Source: Promethearchaeota archaeon
Lineage (GTDB): Archaea; Asgardarchaeota; Lokiarchaeia; Sigyniarchaeales; SOKP01
Assembly (NCBI GenBank): GCA_019058445.1
Contig: JAHPZA010000010.1
Coordinates: 256,001 to 320,000 of the forward strand
Length of the DNA: 64,000 nt
Direction: 5' to 3'
Shown one piece after another: positions 20,359 through 30,097 of this stretch (positions are counted from its first letter, which is position 1; each line of letters begins with the position of its first letter). Below the pieces are notes generated by a model, which ran no database searches, had not been told where the DNA came from, and saw only the letters and a program-made list of their open reading frames with translations. A program made the position numbers and the translations under genes.

Positions 20359-21543
20359 ATGGATGATTTGAATACTTCTACCTTACTTTATATTACGCAA
20401 ACAAGACAAAAAAACCTTGATAAACTAATTGGACATAGATTTACTGAAGCTTTTTCATGGAGGTATTATTTTAAGAGAGTTATTGTTTTATTTTACTCAT
20501 CTACAAATAATTATCTTTTTAAAAAAATACATAGTAATACGTATACGATTGGAATACCATTTGATTTATCATCTTCAACTGGGAAAAGTATTTTTAATCT
20601 CGGGAAAAATTATTTAAATTTATTAGTATTTTTGTTTAAACTTACAAAAATAATTAAAATTGATATGATTAGATTAGAGAATATTGTTATATCGGGACCA
20701 CCAATATTCGTAATAAGTAAAATTAAAAAAATTCCACATGTTCTATGGTTAGGTGGTTATGAAAGAAAAGCAATATTCGCAAAATACAAAAAAAATTTAT
20801 TGACTTGGTTTATATCAAAAATTATTGTTATTTTTGAATCAATAATTTTCAGGAATGCTAATTTTGTTTATCCTGTATCAGATGAACTTTTAGATTTAGT
20901 AAAAAAAAGATTTGTTAAAAATGTTTTTTTAAGTCCCAATTATATAGATTTATCCCTTTTTAGTGATCACCATGAAAATGAACAAACTATAGAAAATAAG
21001 ATTTCCCTATTGTATGTTGGAAGATTTGAAGAAGAAAAAGGAATAAAAATTCTTATAAAATCAATAAAAATCTTATTAAAAGAAACTAATAATTTTGAAT
21101 TAAATTTAGTTGGTGATGGCTCACTTAAAGATTGGATAGTCAATTTTATTGAGAGAAATAATATTAAAAATATAAGACTTCTTGGATTAATAGATTATAA
21201 AGATATGCCTAATATTTATAATATGGCAGACGTGTTTATTTTACCATCAATAACAGAAGGTTCACCAGGATCGATAATTGAGGCAATGGGATGTGGAACT
21301 GCTACAATCTGCACTGCTGTTGGAGAATGTCCAAAAATAATTAAAGATGGTATTGATGGGATTATAATAGAACCAAATGATCCTCAAAAACTAGCAGAGG
21401 CAATTATATATCTTATTAATAATAGAGATTTAATTACAAAATTTAGGAAAAATGGAAGACTTTCTGCTATTAGACGGACAAAGAATTATATAAAAATACA
21501 TAAATATGTTTATGAACAAATTTTAAAAACTTTTAAGGTTTAG
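20359..21543 (+). CDS. GT4 glycosyltransferase
   Basis: YVGRFEEEKG, ADVFILPSITEGSPGSIIEAMGCG. Confidence 0.92.
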   Translation: MDDLNTSTLLYITQTRQKNLDKLIGHRFTEAFSWRYYFKRVIVLFYSSTNNYLFKKIHSNTYTIGIPFDLSSSTGKSIFNLGKNYLNLLVFLFKLTKIIKIDMIRLENIVISGPPIFVISKIKKIPHVLWLGGYERKAIFAKYKKNLLTWFISKIIVIFESIIFRNANFVYPVSDELLDLVKKRFVKNVFLSPNYIDLSLFSDHHENEQTIENKISLLYVGRFEEEKGIKILIKSIKILLKETNNFELNLVGDGSLKDWIVNFIERNNIKNIRLLGLIDYKDMPNIYNMADVFILPSITEGSPGSIIEAMGCGTATICTAVGECPKIIKDGIDGIIIEPNDPQKLAEAIIYLINNRDLITKFRKNGRLSAIRRTKNYIKIHKYVYEQILKTFKV

Positions 21544-21578
21544 AATTTATACAATATAATAACTGAAGGAATTCTATC

Positions 21579-23444
21579 ATGGAGTATCTTATAGGGGGAT
21601 ATATAGAAAATCCTCAACTATTGATTGAGAAAACTTTAAAATTTTTTGAGAAAAGATTTTCTCAACCTGTTGTATTTGAAGGAATCACCAAAAGTAATTC
21701 TTTTATGGGTATTATTAAAGAAAAGTCAAAAAAAACGAATGTTAATATTTGGTTTTTTGATGAGTGTAAGTTATTTAAAAGCTTATATTATAGTAAGATC
21801 CCAGAAAATATAAAAGGAAAAAAATCTGATAAGGATCATCGAATAGAATTAGCTAATTTAAAAAATGATTATATTTTTGTCAATTATGATGAACAAAAAG
21901 GAATAAAAGTTTATAAGGATATATTTGCACGTGAAAAAGTATATTATACAATAAACAAGCCATATTTATTCAGTACTTCTTTAAAATTATTAATTTTTTT
22001 ATTGGAGAAACCAAATTTCAATTATATATCATTAGGACGTTATTTAGGATCTGGTTTAAACAACGGAAATGAAACTATCTTTAAAGAAATTAACAGATTA
22101 GAACTTGGAGAGAATTTATATATTAACTCAGATAATATCAAAGTATTTAAAACTTGGATACCATCAAAAGAATTTTTTAAAATATCAAACCACACTGTAT
22201 TAGATACTCAATACTGGGTTGATTATATTTATGATACGTTAAAAGAAACCTTAGACTTACCAACTGAGCAACCAATTTTATCAATGATGAGTGGTGGTTT
22301 AGATTCAACTGTTCTTACTTCGATTTTTAAAAAAGAATACGAAACTCCTATTGAAGCATTAACAGTCTTTGTTCCTGGTTATAATGAAGAAGAAGTTGAA
22401 AAAGCAAGAGAAATAGCTGAATATATTGATATTCCTCATTTTATTAATGAAATAAAAATCAGAGATTATGAAAGTTTTATAAATACTTCTACGGAAATAT
22501 TTAATATCTTAGAAGAACCAATGGGAGGAACAGCATATTTTTCAAGATTTTCGGGATACCATGAAATTAATAAATTAGCTAAAAAAAATTCTATGATTGG
22601 TGAGGGTGCTGGTGAATCAATGAGTTACTTAAGACACCATGTCTTAAATAATTTTAAAAGAACTTCCTATTTATTTCATATACCCAGAAAAATGAGAATT
22701 CATGCTTCTAGATTATTACATCATTTTTATTATCCGTCTTTTAAGATTACTAATTTATTGAAAAATAAGAATACAATAAATTCTATTGATATTTTGCTTA
22801 ATTCTAATTTTTTAGACACTAATTCTAAATTTCAAACTTTTATGACTTCTGTTCAATTTACCCATATGGAAGATGTTTTTAAATTAACTCGTCGTAGATT
22901 AAGTTTAGATGTATATTCAGATGTGAATGTAAACATTTATAACTCTTATCCTTATAATGATTATAATAAATTTGGATATCAACTCTTATATTTAAGTCCA
23001 AATGGAGATCCTTTAATTTCTAGTGTTTTATCCAGTTATTATGATCTAAAACTATATATTCCTTTTAATTCAGATCTATCTTTTAAAAAGCTTATACCTT
23101 TACCACCTTATATTAAATTAACTGGAGAAGGTTATAGAAGTCGATATAAATGGATTGTTCGTGAAATGGCAATGAGAAAAAGACTTTTACCTGAAAAATA
23201 TTTTGAGTGGAAACCAAAGTATGGTTTAAGGCAGGAGTTTTTCAATCCAGATTCGTTCAATACTGTTAAAACCTATGCCCTTGATATAATTAAAACATTG
23301 AATCCTGAATTCTACCTTAATTTAAATAGTTTTAAAAACTTTTTTAAAAAATCAACTTTAAAGAGAATAAAACATCACTCATCTGAATATTTGAAATTTA
23401 ATATTTGGCTTGGATTTTTAGGATGGTTAGCTTCAATTTCTTAA
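21579..23444 (+). CDS. Asparagine-synthase-like ATP-dependent amide ligase with a degenerate glutaminase domain
   Basis: MSGGLDS PP-loop, EEPMG, GEGAGE, KWIVRE...LLP...KPKYG; no N-terminal catalytic Cys. Confidence 0.78.
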   Translation: MEYLIGGYIENPQLLIEKTLKFFEKRFSQPVVFEGITKSNSFMGIIKEKSKKTNVNIWFFDECKLFKSLYYSKIPENIKGKKSDKDHRIELANLKNDYIFVNYDEQKGIKVYKDIFAREKVYYTINKPYLFSTSLKLLIFLLEKPNFNYISLGRYLGSGLNNGNETIFKEINRLELGENLYINSDNIKVFKTWIPSKEFFKISNHTVLDTQYWVDYIYDTLKETLDLPTEQPILSMMSGGLDSTVLTSIFKKEYETPIEALTVFVPGYNEEEVEKAREIAEYIDIPHFINEIKIRDYESFINTSTEIFNILEEPMGGTAYFSRFSGYHEINKLAKKNSMIGEGAGESMSYLRHHVLNNFKRTSYLFHIPRKMRIHASRLLHHFYYPSFKITNLLKNKNTINSIDILLNSNFLDTNSKFQTFMTSVQFTHMEDVFKLTRRRLSLDVYSDVNVNIYNSYPYNDYNKFGYQLLYLSPNGDPLISSVLSSYYDLKLYIPFNSDLSFKKLIPLPPYIKLTGEGYRSRYKWIVREMAMRKRLLPEKYFEWKPKYGLRQEFFNPDSFNTVKTYALDIIKTLNPEFYLNLNSFKNFFKKSTLKRIKHHSSEYLKFNIWLGFLGWLASIS

Positions 23445-23464
23445 TCTATTAATCTATTATTAAT

Positions 23465-23480
23465 CCCTATAAATATAGGG
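23465..23480. terminator. Short inverted repeat CCCTATA-AA-TATAGGG between convergent genes
   Basis: Perfect 7-bp arms about 20 nt after the stop of 21579..23444; the terminator role is inferred. Confidence 0.3.
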
Positions 23481-23488
23481 TTTATATC

Positions 23489-23678
23489 TTAATTTATATC
23501 TAAATTTATTGATATATTTGAAAATTCACTAAATGAGGAAGTTTTACTAAATACTCCCGGGAATAAAACTAATACTTTATGTCCATATTTAGCAAGATAT
23601 TCAACGATTTTAAACGCATTAAGTGCTACTGCCCCAATACTTGGAGGAAAATCCATGGACTATGGATAAAATATTCAT
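23489..23678 (-). pseudogene. Frameshifted, truncated GT4 remnant paralogous to 16590..17786
   Basis: MNILSIVHGF / (extra T) PPSIGAVALNAFKIVEYLAKYGHKVLVLFPGVFSKTSSFSEF...DIN* aligns with MKILYFVQGFPPSIGAAALNSYKIVEFLAKFGHHILVLSPSVFSKTSDF. Confidence 0.88.
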
Positions 23679-23917
23679 TTTTTAAACCAAAGAGTATTTA
23701 TACGTTTATAGATACTAATTATTTTTAACAAAATTTAAAGTTAGTTAAATTTAAAATGTGACGAGAATTGGACAGATCTCTAGATTTTATCCTTAATTTT
23801 AAATCAAATGACTTGTCAGAAATAATTTAAAATATATTTAATTCTAAAAAGTATTTAATTTATAAAAATTAGAATAGAAATTTACCTTTAAGAAAAGAGA
23901 TTTTAGATTTAGAAATA

Positions 23918-25783
23918 ATGTCCGAAGAGAACTCGGTTATCATAAAGTCAAGTTTTCGAAATCTAAGGAAAAAAATATCCGAATTATCTCATCTCGATTT
24001 AGTTCAAGAATTTTTTTATGCTGGAATCGGGATACTCCCTTTCCTGATTTTATATAGTTTTCTTCCGAGTAGTTATTGGGAAGAACCCTACAGAAATATA
24101 ATTTGTGCCATCATAATCTTATCCTTTTTTATGGTTTTTATTATATTAAACCAACCAACCTCCCAATTAAAAGTCTTGAAGGTAAATTATAAGAGAAATA
24201 TTATTCTTTTTACAGTTTGTAATCTTGCAATTTTAACTTTCTTATTTTTTAGAACGGATTTTGGGTATTATGGTTTGTATGCAGATAATTATTATCGTAC
24301 AGCTTATGTTACTCAAATGGCTTATAGCATGTATCCTCAGGACATGGCCATTAAAGGTTATTCGGCTTTTATGGCTCCTTTGTATTGGTATATACTAGCT
24401 TTAATCGCAGTACTATTTCACATCGAACCATACAAAATGATACGAATTGGATTTCTTATCTCATACTACATATTACCGATACTCTTGTATGAGGTTTGGA
24501 AAAAGTTAGTAGACAAAAAATCATCTTTTTATATAACAGCTATTTTTTTTACCTTCATCGCTAATTTTAATGAAATAACTTGGATTGATCATTTAATTGG
24601 ATATGCATTCTTCGTTCCATTTTTTATATATTATTTTGAAAACTATAAAAATAAAGATTTTATAAAGAAAGATTATATTATCGCAGGGCTCCTCGGATCT
24701 TTACTGATATGTACTTTTTATTTATATTTTATACTAGTTCCTATTTATTTAATGATAGTTTTTATTCAAAGTAAACTAAAAAAAGAGCTCTATGAATTTA
24801 AACGGAAACTAATAAGAATTTCTCATATTACAATCTTCATTATTTTATTTAGTTTATGGTTTTGGGTCCCATTAACAATAAATATAATTCTTATAGGCTA
24901 TGAGAACCATCAAAACCTTTTTTTTCCGAATTATGCTTTAGACATGCCTTTTGAAGCTTATTTAAAATTTAATTTATTTAGTATAGTATTGATATTAGGA
25001 GTAATATTTATCTTAATGAATTACAGTACTTCAAAATTCCTGAATATTCTTGGAAATCTTATATTATCAGTCTATATCCTCTATTTATTAGGATTTGTAG
25101 GATTACTAATTGGGTTTCCTCTAGTGCATTACAGAGTTTTAGTAGTATCTCATTATGTTATTTTAATTGCTTTTAGTATATTCTATATAAAATTCTTCCA
25201 AATTTTAAGAGAAAGCAATATAATTGTCCAATTTAAGAAAAAGATTAATTTAAAAACTGTTGAGATATATATCATTATAATTATCATATTTTACCAAAAT
25301 TATGAGAATACGGTAAAACTTTATAAATCAGAAGGTTATAAACGTAGTGTTAACGAGGAAATTCCAGATGAAGTTGAGATATTTCGTGAATTAGATTATA
25401 AAGATAAAGTTTTTTTAACACAATATTATGAAGTTGCTGCATATTTACCTATTTATCTATTTGTTGTTTATAATACCCATTTTAGTCATCCTAGTGCGTT
25501 AAATAATGAAAGAATAAAGTTCTTAAAAGATTTATCCGAATGTAAGTCATCAAAAGAATTTTATGATAAAATAATGAATAATAAGTTTGGTCCCATTGAT
25601 TATTTTATTCTTGAACCTACAAATGATAATGAAACTGAATATCTATTTGATACGGCTGAAATAGAGTATTATCCAAATCGCTGGAATGTAAAAATAACTT
25701 TTGATGCAGAACTTTTTGAAAGCAGTAGTTATTTTGAGAGACATAAAATTAAAGAAGTAATTATTTATAAGACAATTTATTAA
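23918..25783 (+). CDS. AftA-like GT-C glycosyltransferase, copy 3
   Basis: ADNYYRTAYVTQM...QDMAIKGYSAFMAPLYWY; DKVFLT...THFSHPSALNNER. Confidence 0.75.
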   Translation: MSEENSVIIKSSFRNLRKKISELSHLDLVQEFFYAGIGILPFLILYSFLPSSYWEEPYRNIICAIIILSFFMVFIILNQPTSQLKVLKVNYKRNIILFTVCNLAILTFLFFRTDFGYYGLYADNYYRTAYVTQMAYSMYPQDMAIKGYSAFMAPLYWYILALIAVLFHIEPYKMIRIGFLISYYILPILLYEVWKKLVDKKSSFYITAIFFTFIANFNEITWIDHLIGYAFFVPFFIYYFENYKNKDFIKKDYIIAGLLGSLLICTFYLYFILVPIYLMIVFIQSKLKKELYEFKRKLIRISHITIFIILFSLWFWVPLTINIILIGYENHQNLFFPNYALDMPFEAYLKFNLFSIVLILGVIFILMNYSTSKFLNILGNLILSVYILYLLGFVGLLIGFPLVHYRVLVVSHYVILIAFSIFYIKFFQILRESNIIVQFKKKINLKTVEIYIIIIIIFYQNYENTVKLYKSEGYKRSVNEEIPDEVEIFRELDYKDKVFLTQYYEVAAYLPIYLFVVYNTHFSHPSALNNERIKFLKDLSECKSSKEFYDKIMNNKFGPIDYFILEPTNDNETEYLFDTAEIEYYPNRWNVKITFDAELFESSSYFERHKIKEVIIYKTIY

Positions 25784-25798
25784 GAAAATATAAGCATA

Positions 25799-27802
25799 AT
25801 GTTAGTTGGTACAAAAGATTATTTCCTGAATTTTTTACTAGTTTGTCTAATCTTTTATTTATTTGTCATCTTAATCTCTGTTTTTGGATTTATTTTTATA
25901 TACTATATTCGAAAAATAAACAAGAAAGATTGGGAATTAAATTTCATAGAAACATTCATAATTAGTTTTGCCATCGGCTTATCTATATACATTTCTTATT
26001 GTTTTATATTAGATATTTTCAAATTTTATAATTTTTTCTCTGGATACTACATATTTGCTATAATTGATGCCTACTTTATTTGGTATTTAATATATCGAGG
26101 AGAAATTAATAGTAAACAGATTTCAAATTATTTTTCCTCTTTAATAAAAAAAATCAAAACCCAAACTAAACAGACAATTACACTAATCCTTATTCTAATT
26201 TTCGTATTCTGTTGGCAAATATGGGTTCAGTGGGAAATAATAACCAGTGAGTATGCCATTCCTTCCAGAGATACCTACGTTTGGCTAGGACAGTCATGGT
26301 ATTTATTAGAAAACGGTTATCTTTGGAGAGAACATATGCCACTCCATTATCCGAAAGGATATACCTTTTATCTGGCTGGACCAGAGCTAATTTATCCCGA
26401 TTGGCGTTTAGCATATTTTTATATGAAGTTTGGAGGAATACCTTTTTTTTCCTTTTATATTTTTGTTGTTTTTATTATTTTAAAGCGTTTATTCCAACTA
26501 AATTATATGATTTTCATAGGTTTATTATTAATTTTGATATCTAACTACTTATATTCTAGCTTTGATTCTTTCGTTTCATCCTCAATTCCCACTTTATTAA
26601 TTCTAATATCTTTAATTATTTTTATTTCGAAATCACCATTTTATCTTACAGGATTTTTTATATCAGTAATTTTCCTTTTTAATGCAATATTTGGATTATT
26701 TTACCTAATGATAATTATTCCATTGCTTTTTATAAAATTTTTATCTGTAAAACGAGAATATAGTAAATTTATAGTTAATTTTATTGGAAAAACAGGGATT
26801 ATCACAGTAACTTTATTGATATCCTACGTAATTCATACTATTATTGTTCAAAATGTTTCCATTTTTGATATAATATATGCATATTTATTTGAATTTGGAT
26901 ATCTAAATACTAATATCTCTAATAGAATTGTTTTAACAGGATCAACCCCTGTTATCTTACAATTTAGGTATATTTTAAGAGATTTATTTCCCCATAATGA
27001 TATTATTTCTCAATTTTTAGACATTGAAAAGAAAGTGTTATCTTATTTCTTTATATTTGTTTTAATAAGTTTGTTCTTACCTACAAAACGATTTTTTAAT
27101 AAAAAATATCGAGATTTTATTAACCTAGCAAAAATTGCAGTTTTAGTAATCATTACTTTCTACGTGGCAGAAATAATTTTTGAAGATTCTTCAAATATTT
27201 TTGCTCAAAGCATACCGTGGTTTAAGTGGAGAGCTTTAGAGGCTTTTGCTGCACCCTCAATCATTTTATGTTGTTTTGTAATTGAAAAGGTTATTGAAAA
27301 GACAAATAAGCTTACATTTTACTTGTTCAATAAAAGTAGACTATATAAAAACCTCATAAGAAATACAACAATCTCAAAATTCGTTAGAATCGAAAATATT
27401 GTGATATCTTTATTGATAATTTCAAGCTTAGCCACCCTTGTAAGTCAACAAAGGATTTATACCAGTTATTATTTTGAAAAAGATCAAATTGATACAATTT
27501 TCTACATTAAAGAAAATATTCCCGATGAATCCAAAATCTTAGTTTCGGATTTTAATGATGGCCCTAATTGTCTTTATAATTTACTAAGCACCTATAAAGT
27601 CTACAAATGGGATTTTGAATTCAGCGAAAATACATTTAATGAAACTATTGAATATATCATTGATAAGGGGATTGATTATATTTTGTTGGATTACACCATG
27701 ATTAATTCTACTGAAAAGGGTTTTTTTACCAGCTATTACTATTTTGATGATTTGTATGAAAATGATTATGATATCATTTTTGAAGTTGAAATTAAGACTT
27801 AA
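25799..27802 (+). CDS. Multi-TM putative GT-C fold glycosyltransferase
   Basis: SRDTYVW...HYPKGY loop motif, many TM helices, C-terminal soluble domain (YIKENIPDESKIL...IDYILL); paralogue of 51772..53772. Confidence 0.6.
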   Translation: MLVGTKDYFLNFLLVCLIFYLFVILISVFGFIFIYYIRKINKKDWELNFIETFIISFAIGLSIYISYCFILDIFKFYNFFSGYYIFAIIDAYFIWYLIYRGEINSKQISNYFSSLIKKIKTQTKQTITLILILIFVFCWQIWVQWEIITSEYAIPSRDTYVWLGQSWYLLENGYLWREHMPLHYPKGYTFYLAGPELIYPDWRLAYFYMKFGGIPFFSFYIFVVFIILKRLFQLNYMIFIGLLLILISNYLYSSFDSFVSSSIPTLLILISLIIFISKSPFYLTGFFISVIFLFNAIFGLFYLMIIIPLLFIKFLSVKREYSKFIVNFIGKTGIITVTLLISYVIHTIIVQNVSIFDIIYAYLFEFGYLNTNISNRIVLTGSTPVILQFRYILRDLFPHNDIISQFLDIEKKVLSYFFIFVLISLFLPTKRFFNKKYRDFINLAKIAVLVIITFYVAEIIFEDSSNIFAQSIPWFKWRALEAFAAPSIILCCFVIEKVIEKTNKLTFYLFNKSRLYKNLIRNTTISKFVRIENIVISLLIISSLATLVSQQRIYTSYYFEKDQIDTIFYIKENIPDESKILVSDFNDGPNCLYNLLSTYKVYKWDFEFSENTFNETIEYIIDKGIDYILLDYTMINSTEKGFFTSYYYFDDLYENDYDIIFEVEIKT

Positions 27803-28095
27803 AAGAAGCACGGTCCCTCTTGAGTTCAATCTTATCAATTCCAACAGCAAAAAGAAATAAACTATAATTTAGTAAATAAAAAGAAAATCTTTTTTTCTAA
27901 CTTATATTGAAGTTCCCTTCTTAAAATAAAAATGAGAATAAATCCCAGAAGGAATTTTGTTTGATTTACAAATAAATATAAGATTAAATTTCCATTTGAA
28001 ATTGCAAATAAAAAAATAAATCTATGAAATAACTATTACTTTAAATAATTTTAATGAGATTTAAGATTTATTTTAATTCTTTATTTTTTTTGCTT

Positions 28096-29814
28096 TTATT
28101 TGGTATAATTCCCGTATTCTTCGACTGTATTTGGAAGATGGGGGGAAAAATCTTGTAGATTTTCGATTAAATCATCCCATTCTTCTGGATCAACCGCATA
28201 AAAAGTAACTTTACTAGAATAACATACAACATTTCTTGAGATTTTCCAAGATCCCGCCTTAATCCATTCTGAAGGGATTTCATAGCCAAAATAATTGCTT
28301 TCATAAACTATAGCAATTTTGACTCCTTTTTGCTTTGCTAATTTATAGACGGTATCTGTATCTAAATCATCATTAACAATTTCATTTGCTGAGTCAATAT
28401 CACCCAATCCCCATAGATCCACACACTCAATGTCAGAGAGATAATCGATAGCACCAATATCATTTGCAGCAACGCATTCTTCATTATAATATTCACGAAG
28501 AAAAAGACCCATTTGATACTGTTGTTCATAAATATTATTTGTCGCCTGAGGAATATCAGGTATAGTTTCGATTGCTCTATAGCTAAGAGGTGTGAAAAAA
28601 GAAATAAGGATAATAATAATCGTTAATAATCTAAAAAAACCGTATTCAAATGCTTCATTTTTTTTGAAAAGATAGTTTTTAAGTGCTTCAAATGAAAGAA
28701 ATGGGGGAATTTTGTTCGATATTGATGTAAATATTAGAACTATACCAATTGTTAGTAAATATGCGTCGTACCTGGATTCATATATGCCTCTTATACATAC
28801 AGTTGCAAAAAAAAGTTGACAGACTGAAGTAAACATAAAAATTAGAGCAAATATGGCCCGTTCATTCCATATATCTTTTGTCTTAAAGCATTTAGTATAA
28901 AATATGATTAATGCAATTATAAAAAAAATCAGTAGATGTGGAGCATAAAGATACATACCCATAGGATTAAACACTTTTAACTTATTGTCTAAGGAGGAAG
29001 AATTAAAATCTATAAGAGATCCTTTTATCACAACTGGATTTGGAAAAAAATACCATCCATAAGATAATGAAATTATCCCATAGATTATAATAGGAAGGAA
29101 GCCAAATAACGCTATGAGAAAAAAAAACCTATAATGCTTTTTGAGTAAGAAAAGGAAACAAACTATGATGATTAGAAACATCCCTTCAAATCTTATCATT
29201 GTAACTAATGGAGCCAATAATAATAATCGAAATTTATCCTTAGAAGAAAATATTTTATTTTTATTTGTATCAACATTAGAGAGCAATTGTGCTGTAATTA
29301 CTACGAAAATCAAATCTATTACATTCTGCATAGTATGTTCTAAACCAATAAAAACCAATGAGTGCAAAGGAAGAAAAAAAATAATGCACAATATTCCAAC
29401 AAAAGTAGCATAAGGGGGAAGGTGAGTTTTCATCTTTAGAATGTAATAAATCCCATAAATTAACAGATGAGCAAAAATAAGATTAATTATTAGAGGAATT
29501 AGTTCATAAGGGCCGAAAATAAGAAATAATAATGAAATTAACAAAGTATACAAAAGAGAGGATGAAGATGACGAAAATTCTTTTTTATTTACTCCCCATA
29601 CTCCATGTTGTGAAAAATTTTTTGCAATTGCCATATGAATATATGCGTCATCTAAAGAGTATATGAAATGTCCTTTATTTAGATGTAAAGAAAAAAGAAG
29701 TAATATAATCATTATTATCCAGAAAATGGCTAAATTGGAATAAAACTCCCAATTTTTTTTAATGTCCCTTAAACTATAATCCCTTTTAATATAATCTTGA
29801 GTTTGTTTAATCAA
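28096..29814 (-). CDS. GT-C fold membrane glycosyltransferase (DDAYI type, distantly AftB-like)
   Basis: SLDDAYIH..A.NF..G, SSSLLY, GLE, RFEG, G..FPN...K, DIGAIDY, DLWGL motifs. Confidence 0.7.
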   Translation of the reverse strand: MIKQTQDYIKRDYSLRDIKKNWEFYSNLAIFWIIMIILLLFSLHLNKGHFIYSLDDAYIHMAIAKNFSQHGVWGVNKKEFSSSSSSLLYTLLISLLFLIFGPYELIPLIINLIFAHLLIYGIYYILKMKTHLPPYATFVGILCIIFFLPLHSLVFIGLEHTMQNVIDLIFVVITAQLLSNVDTNKNKIFSSKDKFRLLLLAPLVTMIRFEGMFLIIIVCFLFLLKKHYRFFFLIALFGFLPIIIYGIISLSYGWYFFPNPVVIKGSLIDFNSSSLDNKLKVFNPMGMYLYAPHLLIFFIIALIIFYTKCFKTKDIWNERAIFALIFMFTSVCQLFFATVCIRGIYESRYDAYLLTIGIVLIFTSISNKIPPFLSFEALKNYLFKKNEAFEYGFFRLLTIIIILISFFTPLSYRAIETIPDIPQATNNIYEQQYQMGLFLREYYNEECVAANDIGAIDYLSDIECVDLWGLGDIDSANEIVNDDLDTDTVYKLAKQKGVKIAIVYESNYFGYEIPSEWIKAGSWKISRNVVCYSSKVTFYAVDPEEWDDLIENLQDFSPHLPNTVEEYGNYTK

Positions 29815-30097
29815 AAAACTTCACAACTATAGAATTTAAATTTGCGGTATCCTCATACAAAGATTCTTTTGAATTTAAAAGATTATTTATTATTTTATTT
29901 TAAACTATATCTGTTAAAATTAATATTAAATTAAATTTATTTTGTAGATGAGTATCCAGAGGGTTATTTTATAATCTGTAGTAAGAAATAAAGTAAATTT
30001 ATTAAAAATCGATTTATTATAATGTTTGGAATAATTACGTAAAAATCTATATAAAAGTTACTTTAAAATTATTTTAGAAAATATCGAGGAATTTTTA

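Noticed and set aside
19271-23444. RiPP cluster (lasso cyclase-like AsnB plus radical SAM/SPASM)
   Set aside because: No precursor peptide, RRE/PqqD or leader peptidase found; the neighbours are glycosyltransferases
23809-23820. TGACTTGTCAGA as a shared operator with TCTGTCGTCAGA at about 51663
   Set aside because: Too short and dissimilar to distinguish from chance
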